Shown: in pieces, positions 10,107 to 19,628 of the stretch
Position numbering within the stretch: position 1 is the stretch's first letter
How the letters are laid out: each line of letters starts with the position of its first letter
From: an uncultured Roseivivax sp.
Lineage (GTDB): Bacteria > Pseudomonadota > Alphaproteobacteria > Rhodobacterales > Rhodobacteraceae
Direction of reading: 5' to 3'
Assembly: GCA_964612785.1 (NCBI GenBank)
Contig: CAZTEV010000004.1
Coordinates: forward strand, 1 to 44,308
Length of the DNA: 44,308 bases
Made by a program: the position numbers and the translations under genes
The notes under the pieces: model-generated
Told to the model about the DNA's origin: nothing
Seen by the model: only the letters and a program-made list of their open reading frames with translations
Database searches by the model: none

Positions 10107-10120
10107 ATGTCCCTCAATCA

Positions 10121-10135
10121 ATCACGGTTTTTGAT
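10121..10135. promoter_or_regulatory. LysR-type recognition box (T-N11-A)
   Basis: ATCA-cggtttt-TGAT dyad between the divergent LysR and DUF1127 genes. Confidence 0.55.
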
Positions 10136-10241
10136 GCCCTACCTAAAAAACATTCATTTTTCAAATGCGACGGATCGCCATATCTATCACGCATCACAAC
10201 AAGACAGCCACAACGCATCACGAATACTGAAAGGTCACATC

Positions 10242-10451
10242 ATGTCGTTTCTTGATCTTACCCTGCCTCTGAGCCGCCCTCGCAGGTCTTTCCGGGCGCT
10301 CCTGAAGGATATGGCGAGCCTTCACCGCCAGCGCCACGCCCTGGCCAATCTCGATCCGCACCTGTTGCGGGACGTGGGCATCACCCCCGAAGAGGCCCGG
10401 ATCGAGGCCGCACGCCCGGTTTGGGACGCGCCGCATCACTGGCAGGGATGA
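10242..10451 (+). CDS. DUF1127 (YjiS-like) small protein, 69 aa
   Basis: RQRHALANLDPHLLRDVGIT..EA..EAARPVW matches the DUF1127 pattern. RBS GAAAGG; divergent from LysR. Confidence 0.88.
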   Translation: MSFLDLTLPLSRPRRSFRALLKDMASLHRQRHALANLDPHLLRDVGITPEEARIEAARPVWDAPHHWQG

Positions 10452-10577
10452 GCCGCTGAGCATGCCTTCGGATCTTTGCCTCAAATCGACCGGAAATTCT
10501 TGAAATGGCGGGTCCGAGCCCCGATATTTCACGAAGTTTCCGGTCGTGTGCCGGGTGGATTGAATTCGGAGGAAAGA

Positions 10578-11321
10578 ATGGCTGAATACAGAACCGTTCG
10601 GACCGGCGCCGCCGCCGGCGCGCGTTCGGCTCAGATTGATGAGGGCCTGCGCGCCCACATGAACAAGGTCTACGGAACGATGTCCGTGGGCATGTTCCTG
10701 ACCTTCCTTGTGGCCTGGGCTGTCGGCTCCAGCCCGCAGCTGCTTGGCATTTTCCGCGACCCCGCGACGCTGCAGCCTAATATCCTGGGTTGGATCGTGA
10801 TGTTCGCGCCCCTCATCATGGTGTTCGCCTTCGGTGCCGCCATCAACCGGCTCTCGGCCGCAGGCGCACAGACGTTCTTCTATGTCTTCGCCGCGGTGAT
10901 GGGTCTGTCCCTGTCTTGGATCTTCGTGGCCTTCACAGGCATCTCGATCGCGCAGGTGTTCCTCGTGACCTCGATCTCCTTCGCGGGTCTGTCGCTGTTC
11001 GGCTACACGACCAAGAAGGACCTGTCCGGCTGGGGCACGTTCCTAATGATGGGTGTGATCGGCCTTGTCGTGGCGTCGATCGTCAACATCTTCCTGCAGA
11101 GCCCCGCGATCTTCTTCGCGGTCTCGATCCTGGGCGTGCTGATCTTCGCGGGTCTGACGGCCTATGACACGCAGTCGATCAAGAACGAGTATATCGAGCA
11201 TGCGCGCCACGGCGATCAGGAATGGCTGGGCAAGTCGGCGATCATGGGCGCGCTGCGTCTGTATCTCGACTTCATCAACATGTTCATGTTCCTGCTGCAG
11301 CTTTTCGGCAATCGCGAATAA
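10578..11321 (+). CDS. Bax inhibitor-1/YccA family membrane protein
   Basis: IDEGLRAHMNKVY, GYTTKKDLS, AGLTAYDTQ, GALRLYLDFINMF; about 7 TM segments. RBS GGAGG. Confidence 0.93.
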   Translation: MAEYRTVRTGAAAGARSAQIDEGLRAHMNKVYGTMSVGMFLTFLVAWAVGSSPQLLGIFRDPATLQPNILGWIVMFAPLIMVFAFGAAINRLSAAGAQTFFYVFAAVMGLSLSWIFVAFTGISIAQVFLVTSISFAGLSLFGYTTKKDLSGWGTFLMMGVIGLVVASIVNIFLQSPAIFFAVSILGVLIFAGLTAYDTQSIKNEYIEHARHGDQEWLGKSAIMGALRLYLDFINMFMFLLQLFGNRE

Positions 11322-11345
11322 GCGCGGCACAATCTGACCGACACG

Positions 11346-11381
11346 AACCGCCGGGGCGCCCTGCCTCGGCGGTTTTTCTTT
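11346..11381 (+). terminator. rho-independent terminator
   Basis: AACCGCCGGGGC-loop-GCCTCGGCGGTT followed by TTTCTTT, just after the BI-1 stop. Confidence 0.75.
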
Positions 11382-11432
11382 GCGCATGCGCATGGGGCGC
11401 GGCGCGCGACGTACGATGATGTCGGGATTGGG

Positions 11433-11508
11433 TGGTGCCCCCACACGGACTCGAACCGCGGACCTACTGATTACAAATCAGTTGCTCTACCAGCTGAGCT
11501 ATAGGGGC
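11433..11508 (-). tRNA. tRNA-Thr(TGT)
   Basis: Reverse complement GCCCCTATAGCTCAGCTGGTAGAGCAACTGATTTGTAATCAGTAGGTCCGCGGTTCGAGTCCGTGTGGGGGCACCA: 76 nt cloverleaf, anticodon TGT, encoded CCA. Confidence 0.97.
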
Positions 11509-11569
11509 ACTGCGCAGCGGTGTAATCCGCCCACGCGCGCGGTGCAATATCTGCCCGCGCGAAAATCGT

Positions 11570-12535
11570 CTACTCGGCCAGGTGACAGGCGACGCGCGTG
11601 CCGCGCACGTCGCGCAGGCTGGGACGCTCCTTGCGGCAGCGGTCGACCGCGATGGGGCAGCGCGGGTGGAAGGCACAGCCGGGCGGCGGGTTGATCGCGT
11701 CCGGGATCTCGCCTTTGGGCGGGTCGATGTCGCGGCCGAACCCGTCCATGCGCGGTGCCGCGTCGAACAGCATCTGGGTATAGGGATGCTTTGGCTCGGC
11801 ATAGAGCGTGTCGCGGGGGGCCTCTTCGACCAACGTTCCGAGGTAGAGAACGCCCACCACATCCGCCATGTGCCGCACCACGGTCAGATCGTGCGAGATG
11901 AAGAGATAGGTCAGGCCCAGCTCCTCGCGCAGGTCCGACATCAGGTTCAGCACCTGGCTTTGCACCGATACATCAAGGGCCGATGTGGGTTCGTCGCAGA
12001 CGATGATCCGGGGATTGGAGGCGAGCGCGCGCGCGATGCAGATCCGCTGGCGCTGCCCGCCGGAAAACTCATGCGGGTATTTGCCCGCATCTGCCGCGGC
12101 CAGACCCACCTGTTCCAGGAGCCGCTCGGCCAGCCCCTCGGTCGCGCCACCGCGGGCGGCCACCGGTTCGTTGATGATGTCGCGGACCTTCCAGCGCGGA
12201 TTGAGCGAGGCGTAGGGATCCTGGAAGATCATCTGCACGTTCTCACGCACCGCCGCGCGGCGCTCGCCCTCGGGTTCGGTCGCGAGGTCCACGCCGTCGA
12301 TCTCGACCTTGCCGGAGGACGGCGGCACGAGGCCCACGACGATCTTGCCGATGGTGGATTTGCCCGACCCGCTCTCGCCCACGAGTGCGTAGACCGAGTT
12401 CTCCTCGATCCCGAAGGACACGTCGGACACGGCGGTCAGCAGCGCGCGCGGCAGCCGTTCGATGACGCGGTTGAGCCAGGGTTTGGAGACGTCGAAGACG
12501 CGGGTCAGGTTCTCGACCTCGATGAGCGCGCTCAT
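11570..12535 (-). CDS. peptide/nickel-type ABC transporter ATP-binding protein (OppF/DppF-like)
   Basis: GESGSGKST, FSGGQRQRI, CDEPTSALDVS, C-terminal GCAFHPRCP...VACH. ATGA overlap with the upstream gene. Confidence 0.92.
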   Translation of the reverse strand: MSALIEVENLTRVFDVSKPWLNRVIERLPRALLTAVSDVSFGIEENSVYALVGESGSGKSTIGKIVVGLVPPSSGKVEIDGVDLATEPEGERRAAVRENVQMIFQDPYASLNPRWKVRDIINEPVAARGGATEGLAERLLEQVGLAAADAGKYPHEFSGGQRQRICIARALASNPRIIVCDEPTSALDVSVQSQVLNLMSDLREELGLTYLFISHDLTVVRHMADVVGVLYLGTLVEEAPRDTLYAEPKHPYTQMLFDAAPRMDGFGRDIDPPKGEIPDAINPPPGCAFHPRCPIAVDRCRKERPSLRDVRGTRVACHLAE

Positions 12536-13527
12536 GCGGGGACCTCTTCTTTCTCGGATGTCGCGGGCAGCGGGAACCAGCAGGCGGCGCGGCCTTCGCA
12601 GGCGGTCAGGTCCGGTGCCGGGTTCTGGCGGCACTTGGCCTCGGCCCGGTCGCAGCGGGGATGGAAGGCGCAGCCCGCAGGCAGATTATCGAGGCGCGGC
12701 ATGGCTCCGGGGATCTGGCGCAGGCGCTTCTGGCCCTGGCTGGCGAGCGGCGTGGAGCCCATGAGCCCCGCCGTATAGGGGTGCCGCGCCCGGGTCAGCA
12801 CTTCGCGCACGGGGCCAAGCTCGGCCATGCGACCGGCATACATGACCGCGACGCGGTCGGCGGCTTCGGCAATCACACCCATATCGTGCGTCACCAGCAT
12901 CACGGCCACGCCCTTGTCCCGGCAAAGCCGCTTCAGAAGCGCGATGATCTGCGCCTGCACCGACACGTCGAGCGCCGTGGTGGGCTCATCCGCGATCACA
13001 AGATCCGGTTCGGCGCAGAGCGCGAGCGCGATCACCACGCGCTGCCGCATCCCGCCCGAGAACTCGTGCGGATAGCTGCCGATCCTCTGGGCGGCGGCCG
13101 GAATGCCCACCTCGTCCAAAGCCGCGATGGCGCGCTTTTCCGCCTCCGACTGGCTGACGGGCAGATGTTCGAGGATGGTCTCCGTCAATTGCTCGCCGAT
13201 GGTCAGAAGCGGGTTGAGCGAGGTCAGCGGGTCCTGGAAGATCATGCCCATCCGCTTGCCGCGCAGACGGCGCAGCTTCTCGCCCTTGGCGGTGTGCACG
13301 GCCTCGCCCTTGAGCAGCACCTCGCCCGAGACGATCCGCGCGGGCGGGTCCAGAAGGCCGATTACGGCGTTGCCGGTCATCGACTTGCCGGCGCCGCTCT
13401 CGCCCACGACGCCGAGGATCTCGCCCTCGGCGATGTCGAAGCTGACGTTATCGACGGGTTTCAGCAGGCCACGGCGCGTGGGGATTTCCACGGTCAGGCC
13501 GCGGACGGAGAGGACGGGGGTGGTCAT
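12532..13527 (-). CDS. peptide/nickel-type ABC transporter ATP-binding protein (OppD/DppD-like)
   Basis: GESGAGKS, FSGGMRQRV, ADEPTTALDV, GCAFHPRC. Confidence 0.92.
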   Translation of the reverse strand: MTTPVLSVRGLTVEIPTRRGLLKPVDNVSFDIAEGEILGVVGESGAGKSMTGNAVIGLLDPPARIVSGEVLLKGEAVHTAKGEKLRRLRGKRMGMIFQDPLTSLNPLLTIGEQLTETILEHLPVSQSEAEKRAIAALDEVGIPAAAQRIGSYPHEFSGGMRQRVVIALALCAEPDLVIADEPTTALDVSVQAQIIALLKRLCRDKGVAVMLVTHDMGVIAEAADRVAVMYAGRMAELGPVREVLTRARHPYTAGLMGSTPLASQGQKRLRQIPGAMPRLDNLPAGCAFHPRCDRAEAKCRQNPAPDLTACEGRAACWFPLPATSEKEEVPA

Positions 13528-13531
13528 GGGA

Positions 13532-14488
13532 TCACCTCAGTTTCGGATTGAGCGCATCGCGCAGCCAGTCACCCAGCAGGTTGATCGACAGCGCCAGCGC
13601 CAAAAGCGTCACGGCGGGGAAGAACAGGATCCACCATTCGCCCGAGAACATGAATTCCTGACCGATGCGGATGAGTGTGCCGAGGGACGGCTTCGTGGGC
13701 GGTGCCCCGACCCCAAGGAAGGACAGCGTGGCCTCGGCAATGATGGCGAGCGCCAGCGAAATGGTGGCGATCACCAGAACCGGGTTCAGCACGTTGGGCA
13801 GGATGTGGCGGATCATGATGGCAAAGGGCTTGCGCCCGATAAGCCGCGCGGCCTGCACGTATTCGCGGTTCTTCTCGACCAGCGTGGCGCCCCGCACGAC
13901 GCGGGCGAATTGCACCCAGTCCGAAAGACCGATGGCGAGGATCAGCACCCAGATCGCCATCTGGTCGCGGTATTCAGGCGGCGTGATGCCCTTGGCGATG
14001 CCGAAGATCAGCATGGCCACCAGGATCGCCGGGAAGGTCAGCTGCACATCGGCCACGCGCATGATGATCGTCTCGGTCCAGCCGCCCAGATAGCCCGCGA
14101 GCAGGCCCAGAACGACGCCGATCACCATGGCCAGAAGCACCGCCGAGAACCCCACGAAGAGCGAAATGCGCATCCCGTAGAGGATCGTGGAAAACACGTC
14201 CCGGCCCTGATCGTCCGTGCCCATGAGGAAGGCGTCGCCGGTGAAGGCATTGGCCTCGCCCGGGGGCGTGAAGCCGTTCATCAGGTTCAGCGTGGCGGGA
14301 TCGAACGGGTTATGCGGCGCGATGAGCGGCGCCAGAAGCGCTGCCAGCACAAGCGCCACCACGACAAAGCCCGAGATCATCGCGACAGGCGCGTGGCGGA
14401 AGGACCAGGCCAGATCGCTGTCCCAGGCGCGCTTGATGCGCGAGGGCGGACGGATCGGCGCGTCGGACGGCATGTCGGTCTCGGCCAT
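13532..14488 (-). CDS. peptide-type ABC transporter permease (OppC/DppC-like)
   Basis: MGTDDQGRDVFS, EYVQAAR.IG, RHILPN, EATLSFLGVG. Confidence 0.92.
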   Translation of the reverse strand: MAETDMPSDAPIRPPSRIKRAWDSDLAWSFRHAPVAMISGFVVVALVLAALLAPLIAPHNPFDPATLNLMNGFTPPGEANAFTGDAFLMGTDDQGRDVFSTILYGMRISLFVGFSAVLLAMVIGVVLGLLAGYLGGWTETIIMRVADVQLTFPAILVAMLIFGIAKGITPPEYRDQMAIWVLILAIGLSDWVQFARVVRGATLVEKNREYVQAARLIGRKPFAIMIRHILPNVLNPVLVIATISLALAIIAEATLSFLGVGAPPTKPSLGTLIRIGQEFMFSGEWWILFFPAVTLLALALSINLLGDWLRDALNPKLR

Positions 14489-14489
14489 G

Positions 14490-15473
14490 TCAGTGACCTC
14501 CGGCTGTGCGGTCGACGCGCAGGCGCGGGTCGATCGCGAAGTAAAGCATGTCGACGATCAGGTTGATGCCGACGAACATGACGGAAATCATCATGAGATA
14601 GGCGGCCATCACCGGGATATCGACGAACTGGATCGCGTTGATGAACAGAAGCCCCACGCCCGGCCACTGGAACACCGTCTCGGTGATGATGGCGAAGGCG
14701 ATGATCGAGCCCAACTGCAGACCGGTGATGGTGATGACCGGCACCAGCGTATTCTTCAGCGCATGACGGAAGTTGATTGCACGCTCCCGGATGCCGCGCG
14801 CGCGGGCGAAGCGGATGTAGTCCATGCGCAGCACCTCCAGCATCTCGGTGCGCACGAGCCGCATGATCAGCGTCATCTGGTAGAGCCCCAGCGTGATCGC
14901 AGGCAGGATCAGCGCCTTGAGCCCGCTTGCGGTCAGAAAGCCCGTGGACCAGCCGCCCACCTGCGTGACCTCACCGCGTCCGAAGGAGGGCAGCCAGCCC
15001 AGCTCGACCGAGAAGACGTAGATCAGCAGGATCCCGATCAGGAAGGTCGGCAGCGACACTCCGATCAGGGACACGGTCATGATGACGTTGGCCGGTATGC
15101 CCCGCCTTCGGATCGCGGTGAAAATGCCAAGGCCGATGCCTCCGGCCAGCGCCAGAAGGCCCGAGACGAAGGCCAGCTCCAGCGTCGCGGGGGCGCGTTC
15201 GAGAAGGATCTCGCCCACGGGCCGCCCCTGCCGGTAGCTGAGCCCGAAATTGCCCTGCACCGCCTGTTCGAGGAACTTGTAGTATTGCACCACGAACGGC
15301 TGATCGAGGCCCAGCTCCGTGCGCAGGCGTTCGACATCGGCCTGGGTGCGTTCCTGCCCCAGCATGTTGTCGATGGGATCGCCCACGAAGCTGAACATGG
15401 AAAAGGCCACGAGCCCCGTGAACAGAAGCACGAGGATCGATTGGCCGACGCGGCGGATGATATAGGCGAGCAT
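14490..15473 (-). CDS. peptide-type ABC transporter permease (OppB/DppB-like)
   Basis: LGLDQP, GNFGLSY, DYIRFARARG, HALKN, ITETVFQWPGVG. Confidence 0.92.
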   Translation of the reverse strand: MLAYIIRRVGQSILVLLFTGLVAFSMFSFVGDPIDNMLGQERTQADVERLRTELGLDQPFVVQYYKFLEQAVQGNFGLSYRQGRPVGEILLERAPATLELAFVSGLLALAGGIGLGIFTAIRRRGIPANVIMTVSLIGVSLPTFLIGILLIYVFSVELGWLPSFGRGEVTQVGGWSTGFLTASGLKALILPAITLGLYQMTLIMRLVRTEMLEVLRMDYIRFARARGIRERAINFRHALKNTLVPVITITGLQLGSIIAFAIITETVFQWPGVGLLFINAIQFVDIPVMAAYLMMISVMFVGINLIVDMLYFAIDPRLRVDRTAGGH

Positions 15474-15479
15474 GAGCCC

Positions 15480-17036
15480 TCAGTTCACGTTGACCCAGCG
15501 CAGGATGAAGAAATTGTCTTCGCGCTGGATAAGGTCGATATTGTCAGCCGTGCCCCACAGAAGCGGCTGCACGTAGAGCGGCACGTAAACCATGTCATCC
15601 TGCACGATGCCAGCGATCTCGTCGAGCATGGCCTGACGGGCCTCGGGGTCGATTTCGGATTGCACGGCGGGGATCAACTCATCGACGCGCGGGTTCGAGT
15701 AACCGCCGAAATTCCAGGTGCCGATGTTTTCCTGCGGCGTGTGGACGAGGAAGCGGAACGGGTGCTCGGCATCAAACGTGCCGGGCGACCAGCCCAGCAG
15801 GTACATGTCGTATTCATCCGCCCGAAGCTCGGGCCAGTAGTTCCGCACCGGGATCGCGTCGAGCTGCGCCTCGAGCCCGATCTGCGCCAGCATCGCGACG
15901 GTGGCCTGGCACACGCTTTCGTCGTTGATGTAGCGATCGTTGGGGCATTTCAGCAGGAAGCGGAAGCCGTCCGGGTAGCCTGCCTCGGCCAGCAGCGCCT
16001 TTGCGGCTTCGACATCAAGCGCGGGGCGTTCGGAAAGCCCCTCGGAATAGCCCGACATGGCGGGGCTCACGAGTTGCGCCGCAGGTTCCGCCGAGCCGCG
16101 CATGATGGTCTGCAGGATGGCGGGCACGTTGATCGCCTGCGCCACGGCGCGACGCACCAGCGGGTCCTTGAACGGATTGCCCTCGACCGAGCCGTCGCCA
16201 CCCACCAGCGTGTCCTTGTCCTGGCTGAAGCCGTACATCATCACGCGCGCCTCGACGCCGCGCTTCAGCTCCACGCCGTCCGCCTGATCGAGCCGGTCAG
16301 CATCCTGCACGGGCACCGGGTTGATCATGTCGACCTCGCCCGAAAGAAGCGCCGCGACGGCGGTGGCGGAATTGTCGATGGGGGTGAAGACGCCTTCGGT
16401 GACGTTGCCGCGATCCTCGCCCCACCACTCCTCGAACGGGGTCAGGACTGTACGCAGGCCGGGATCGCGTTCGGAGACGCGGTAGGCGCCGGTGCCGTTG
16501 GTGTTGAGCGTGGCGAAGTTGCCCTGCTCGATATTGGGGCGGGTCGCGCCATTCGCCTCGGCCCAGCCGCTGTCCATGATCATCCAGTTGGCGATGCTGT
16601 CGGGGAAGATCGGGTTCGGGGCGGCGGTCCGGATCTCGACCGTGTAATCGTCGGGCGCGGTCACTTCGGTCACGCCCGAGAACCAGCTGGCCGTATCGCT
16701 TTCCGGCGACGAGGCGCGTTCGTAGGAAAAGACCACATCCTCGGCGGTAAAGGCGCTGCCGTCATGGAAGGTAACGCCTTCGCGCAGGGTAAAACGCCAG
16801 CCTTCGCCATCGCCAATGGGCTCCCACGCGGTCGCCAGCGCAGGCTCCACTGCCATGCCGCGGTCGCGGCGCACGAGGCCTTCATAGACGTTGTTCAGAA
16901 AGCCCAGAACGGGCGCGGAATTGCCCGCATGGGGGTCCATCGTGTTCGGATCGGTCTGCCCGGCCCAGCGGAAGGTCTCGGCTGTGGCGGGAAGCGCCAG
17001 CGCGCAGAGCGCAGATGCGGTCCAGAGGGCTTTCAT
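15480..17036 (-). CDS. ABC transporter substrate-binding protein, family 5 (copy 2)
   Basis: Signal peptide, TMDPH, YEGLV, PALATAW, FTLREGVTFHDG, NGTGAY, CPNDRYINDE. Confidence 0.92.
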   Translation of the reverse strand: MKALWTASALCALALPATAETFRWAGQTDPNTMDPHAGNSAPVLGFLNNVYEGLVRRDRGMAVEPALATAWEPIGDGEGWRFTLREGVTFHDGSAFTAEDVVFSYERASSPESDTASWFSGVTEVTAPDDYTVEIRTAAPNPIFPDSIANWMIMDSGWAEANGATRPNIEQGNFATLNTNGTGAYRVSERDPGLRTVLTPFEEWWGEDRGNVTEGVFTPIDNSATAVAALLSGEVDMINPVPVQDADRLDQADGVELKRGVEARVMMYGFSQDKDTLVGGDGSVEGNPFKDPLVRRAVAQAINVPAILQTIMRGSAEPAAQLVSPAMSGYSEGLSERPALDVEAAKALLAEAGYPDGFRFLLKCPNDRYINDESVCQATVAMLAQIGLEAQLDAIPVRNYWPELRADEYDMYLLGWSPGTFDAEHPFRFLVHTPQENIGTWNFGGYSNPRVDELIPAVQSEIDPEARQAMLDEIAGIVQDDMVYVPLYVQPLLWGTADNIDLIQREDNFFILRWVNVN

Positions 17037-17061
17037 GGCAGCGATCCTTTTCTAAAAGGGA

Positions 17062-17093
17062 TGATCCGGGCGCGACGAGGCGCGCCCGGATCA
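17062..17093. repeat. GC-rich stem-loop between the two binding-protein genes
   Basis: TGATCCGGGCGCG-acgagg-CGCGCCCGGATCA, a 13-bp perfect stem. Confidence 0.7.
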
Positions 17094-17152
17094 GGATAGC
17101 ACAGAACCCGAAGCGCGCGCGTATGTGCACGCGCCCCCGGGCTTTGGCGAGA

Positions 17153-18733
17153 TCAGTTGATCTCCATGAACTTGAACTTGGGATCGTCCTCGGGCGAGAC
17201 CTCGATGCCGATGGCGTCGGTCATGCCCCAGTTCAGCACCTGGTGGTGTACCGGCAGGTAGAGCTGCTCGTCCTGCACGACGTTCCAGATCTCCGCGATG
17301 GTGGCGTTGCGCGCCTCGAGATCCGTCTCGGAGGCGAGGCTCACGATCTGTGCGTCCACATCGGTGTTCGAGAAGCCGGTATTGTTCCACGAACCACGCT
17401 CTTCACCGCGCGTATGCACGAGGAAGTTGAAGATGTACTCGGAATCGTAGGTCGGAACGCCCCAGCCCAGCATGTAGAAATCCGTCTCGCCATTGGTGAT
17501 GAGCGGGAAATGCTGCGCCTTGGGCTTCGCGTCGAGGTTCACGGTGATGCCGATCTGCGCCAGCATGCCCACGGTCGCCTGGCAGATCGCTTCGTCGTTG
17601 ATGTAGCGATCGTTCGGGCAGTCGAGCTGGATGGAGAAGCCGTCGGCATAGCCCGCCTCTTCCATCAGCGCCTTGGCGGCGTCGATATCGGTGGTGGCGG
17701 AGCTGTCCATCTCCTCGGTCCAGCCGTTCACGAAGGGCGGTGCGATCATGCCTGCGGGCTGCGACTGGCCGCGCATCACGACCTGCTTGATCGCATCGCG
17801 GTTGATCGCCATGGACATGGCCTTGCGCACGCGCGCATCGGCAAGCGGGTTCGCGCCTTCGACATCGTCATTGGCCAGATCGTCGGCGCCCATGTTCATG
17901 CCGAAGAAGATCACCCGGTTCTGCGGCGCGGTCTTCACGACGAGGCCTTCGGTGTCGCCCACGCGGCCCAGATCCTGCACCGGCACGTCCTGGATGAAGT
18001 CGACCTCACCCGACAGCAGGGCCGCCACGCGGGTCGCGGCGTTCTGAATGGGAGTGTATTCGATGCGGGTCACGTCCATCGGGAACATGTCCATGCCCCA
18101 GTAATCCGCGTTCTGCTCCAGCACGGTGCGCACGTCGGGCTCGCGGCTGACCAGCTTGAAGGCGCCGGTGCCGTTGGTGTTCTGGGAAGCGAAGGTCGAC
18201 TCGCCGCCCTCGACATCCTGCACGGCGACCGAGTCGTTGGCCTCGGTCCAGCCCTTGTCCATCATGAACAGGTTGGTGAGGTTCGAGGGCAGGATCGGGT
18301 TCGGGCCGTCGGTGACGAATTCGACGGTCAGATCGTCGACCGCGCGGACCTCCACGATGGAGTTCAGAAGCTCCTTCATGTTGGAGTTTTCCGACTTCGC
18401 GCGGTTGATCGAGAAGACCACATCCTCGGCGGTGAAGTCGGCGCCGTCATGGTAGGTGACGCCTTCGCGCAGGTTGAAGACCCAGACATTGGGGTCGTCT
18501 TCGGAGGGCGCCCAGTCGGTCGCGAGCGCGGCCTGGAATTCGCCGGACATGTCGCGGATGATCAGCGGCTCGTAGATCTGGTGGGCAAGCGTGTGGGTCG
18601 GGCCCTCGTTCTGGGCATGGGGATCGAGCGTCAGCGAATCGCCTGCCCGCGCCCAGCGCAGAGTTTCCGCGGAGGCCGCCAGCGACGTGCTGGCCAGAAG
18701 CGCCGCGGCAAGAATGCCGGTGGTTTTCATCAT
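17153..18733 (-). CDS. ABC transporter substrate-binding protein, family 5 (copy 1)
   Basis: Signal peptide MKTTGILAAALLASTSLAASA, TLDPHAQNE, FNLREGVTYHDG, NGTGAF, CPNDRYINDE. RBS GGAG; start at 18733 or 18730. Confidence 0.92.
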   Translation of the reverse strand: MMKTTGILAAALLASTSLAASAETLRWARAGDSLTLDPHAQNEGPTHTLAHQIYEPLIIRDMSGEFQAALATDWAPSEDDPNVWVFNLREGVTYHDGADFTAEDVVFSINRAKSENSNMKELLNSIVEVRAVDDLTVEFVTDGPNPILPSNLTNLFMMDKGWTEANDSVAVQDVEGGESTFASQNTNGTGAFKLVSREPDVRTVLEQNADYWGMDMFPMDVTRIEYTPIQNAATRVAALLSGEVDFIQDVPVQDLGRVGDTEGLVVKTAPQNRVIFFGMNMGADDLANDDVEGANPLADARVRKAMSMAINRDAIKQVVMRGQSQPAGMIAPPFVNGWTEEMDSSATTDIDAAKALMEEAGYADGFSIQLDCPNDRYINDEAICQATVGMLAQIGITVNLDAKPKAQHFPLITNGETDFYMLGWGVPTYDSEYIFNFLVHTRGEERGSWNNTGFSNTDVDAQIVSLASETDLEARNATIAEIWNVVQDEQLYLPVHHQVLNWGMTDAIGIEVSPEDDPKFKFMEIN

Positions 18734-19031
18734 ATTCTCCCTGATGGACTGCCGGGCTTTCCTGCCCGGACGAATGCGGCAGAGCCTACCCATCGTGGCG
18801 GCGGCTTCAAGCGGTGACGCGGGGAGATGCGGAAATTGCCCGGACCATCCGGCAATGTGGCGCGCTGTTCATCACGGCAGGTGGGGTGGCTTGGGGCTGT
18901 CCGAGCAGGTCGGCACCAGGGCGCAGGGCGTTTGGGCACGGGGTGGCGGGCCGGTGCAAGGCGCTATGGGGCGAAGGCGCGGGCGAGGTCCCGGAGCAGG
19001 TCCGGGACAGGGCGGCGCTGCCAAATGCGGC

Positions 19032-19562
19032 TCAGGACATCTGCAGCGCGAAACTGACGATGTCGGGCGCGCCCCCCTCGACCTCTCGGACAAAACCGGC
19101 CTTTTGCAGAACGCGCATGGAGGCCGGATTCTGCACCGCAACTCCCGCCCTCAGCAGATGGATACCCTCGCGGTGAAGCGCCGCGGCCAGCCCCCGCACC
19201 AATTCGGTCGCAAGGCCCCTGCCCCAGGCCGCTTCCCCCAACAGATAGCCTATGCGCCGTTCGGTTCCCTTTTCGGGCTCGGGCCGGGTCATGACGAAGA
19301 CAAGCCCGATCAAACGGGCCGCTCCGCCTGTGCTGTCACGCTCCGCGATGGTTCCGACCGAGGCCCCGGCCGCACGCGCCTCCATCCAGGCCGACAGGTC
19401 CGGATCGTCGGGCGCAAGCTGGACGGGCTCGGGCAGATGGCGCAGCACGGGCGGCGTCAGAATGGCCCGCAAACCATCCGCCAGGGCGCGGCGCGCGACA
19501 GGATCGGCGCGCGCCGCGCTCCAGTCCCGAACGATCAGTCGATCCGTATCAAACCCGCGCAT
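19032..19562 (-). CDS. GNAT-family N-acetyltransferase (RimJ/RimL-like)
   Basis: TDRLIVRDW, IGYLLGEAAWGRGLATE, NPASMRVLQKAGF. Confidence 0.8.
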   Translation of the reverse strand: MRGFDTDRLIVRDWSAARADPVARRALADGLRAILTPPVLRHLPEPVQLAPDDPDLSAWMEARAAGASVGTIAERDSTGGAARLIGLVFVMTRPEPEKGTERRIGYLLGEAAWGRGLATELVRGLAAALHREGIHLLRAGVAVQNPASMRVLQKAGFVREVEGGAPDIVSFALQMS

Positions 19563-19628
19563 GCGACCAGCCTGCCATGCCGCCCCCGGGAAGGCGACAG
19601 GGAGGTGTGCAGGCCATGCGCGGCTGGG

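Noticed and set aside
11433-11508. tRNA-Thr as an integration site for a genomic island carrying the bhc/oxalate genes
   Set aside because: No integrase, and I saw no duplicated tRNA 3' end. The accessory genes lie on the 5' side of the tRNA and their composition looks host-like.
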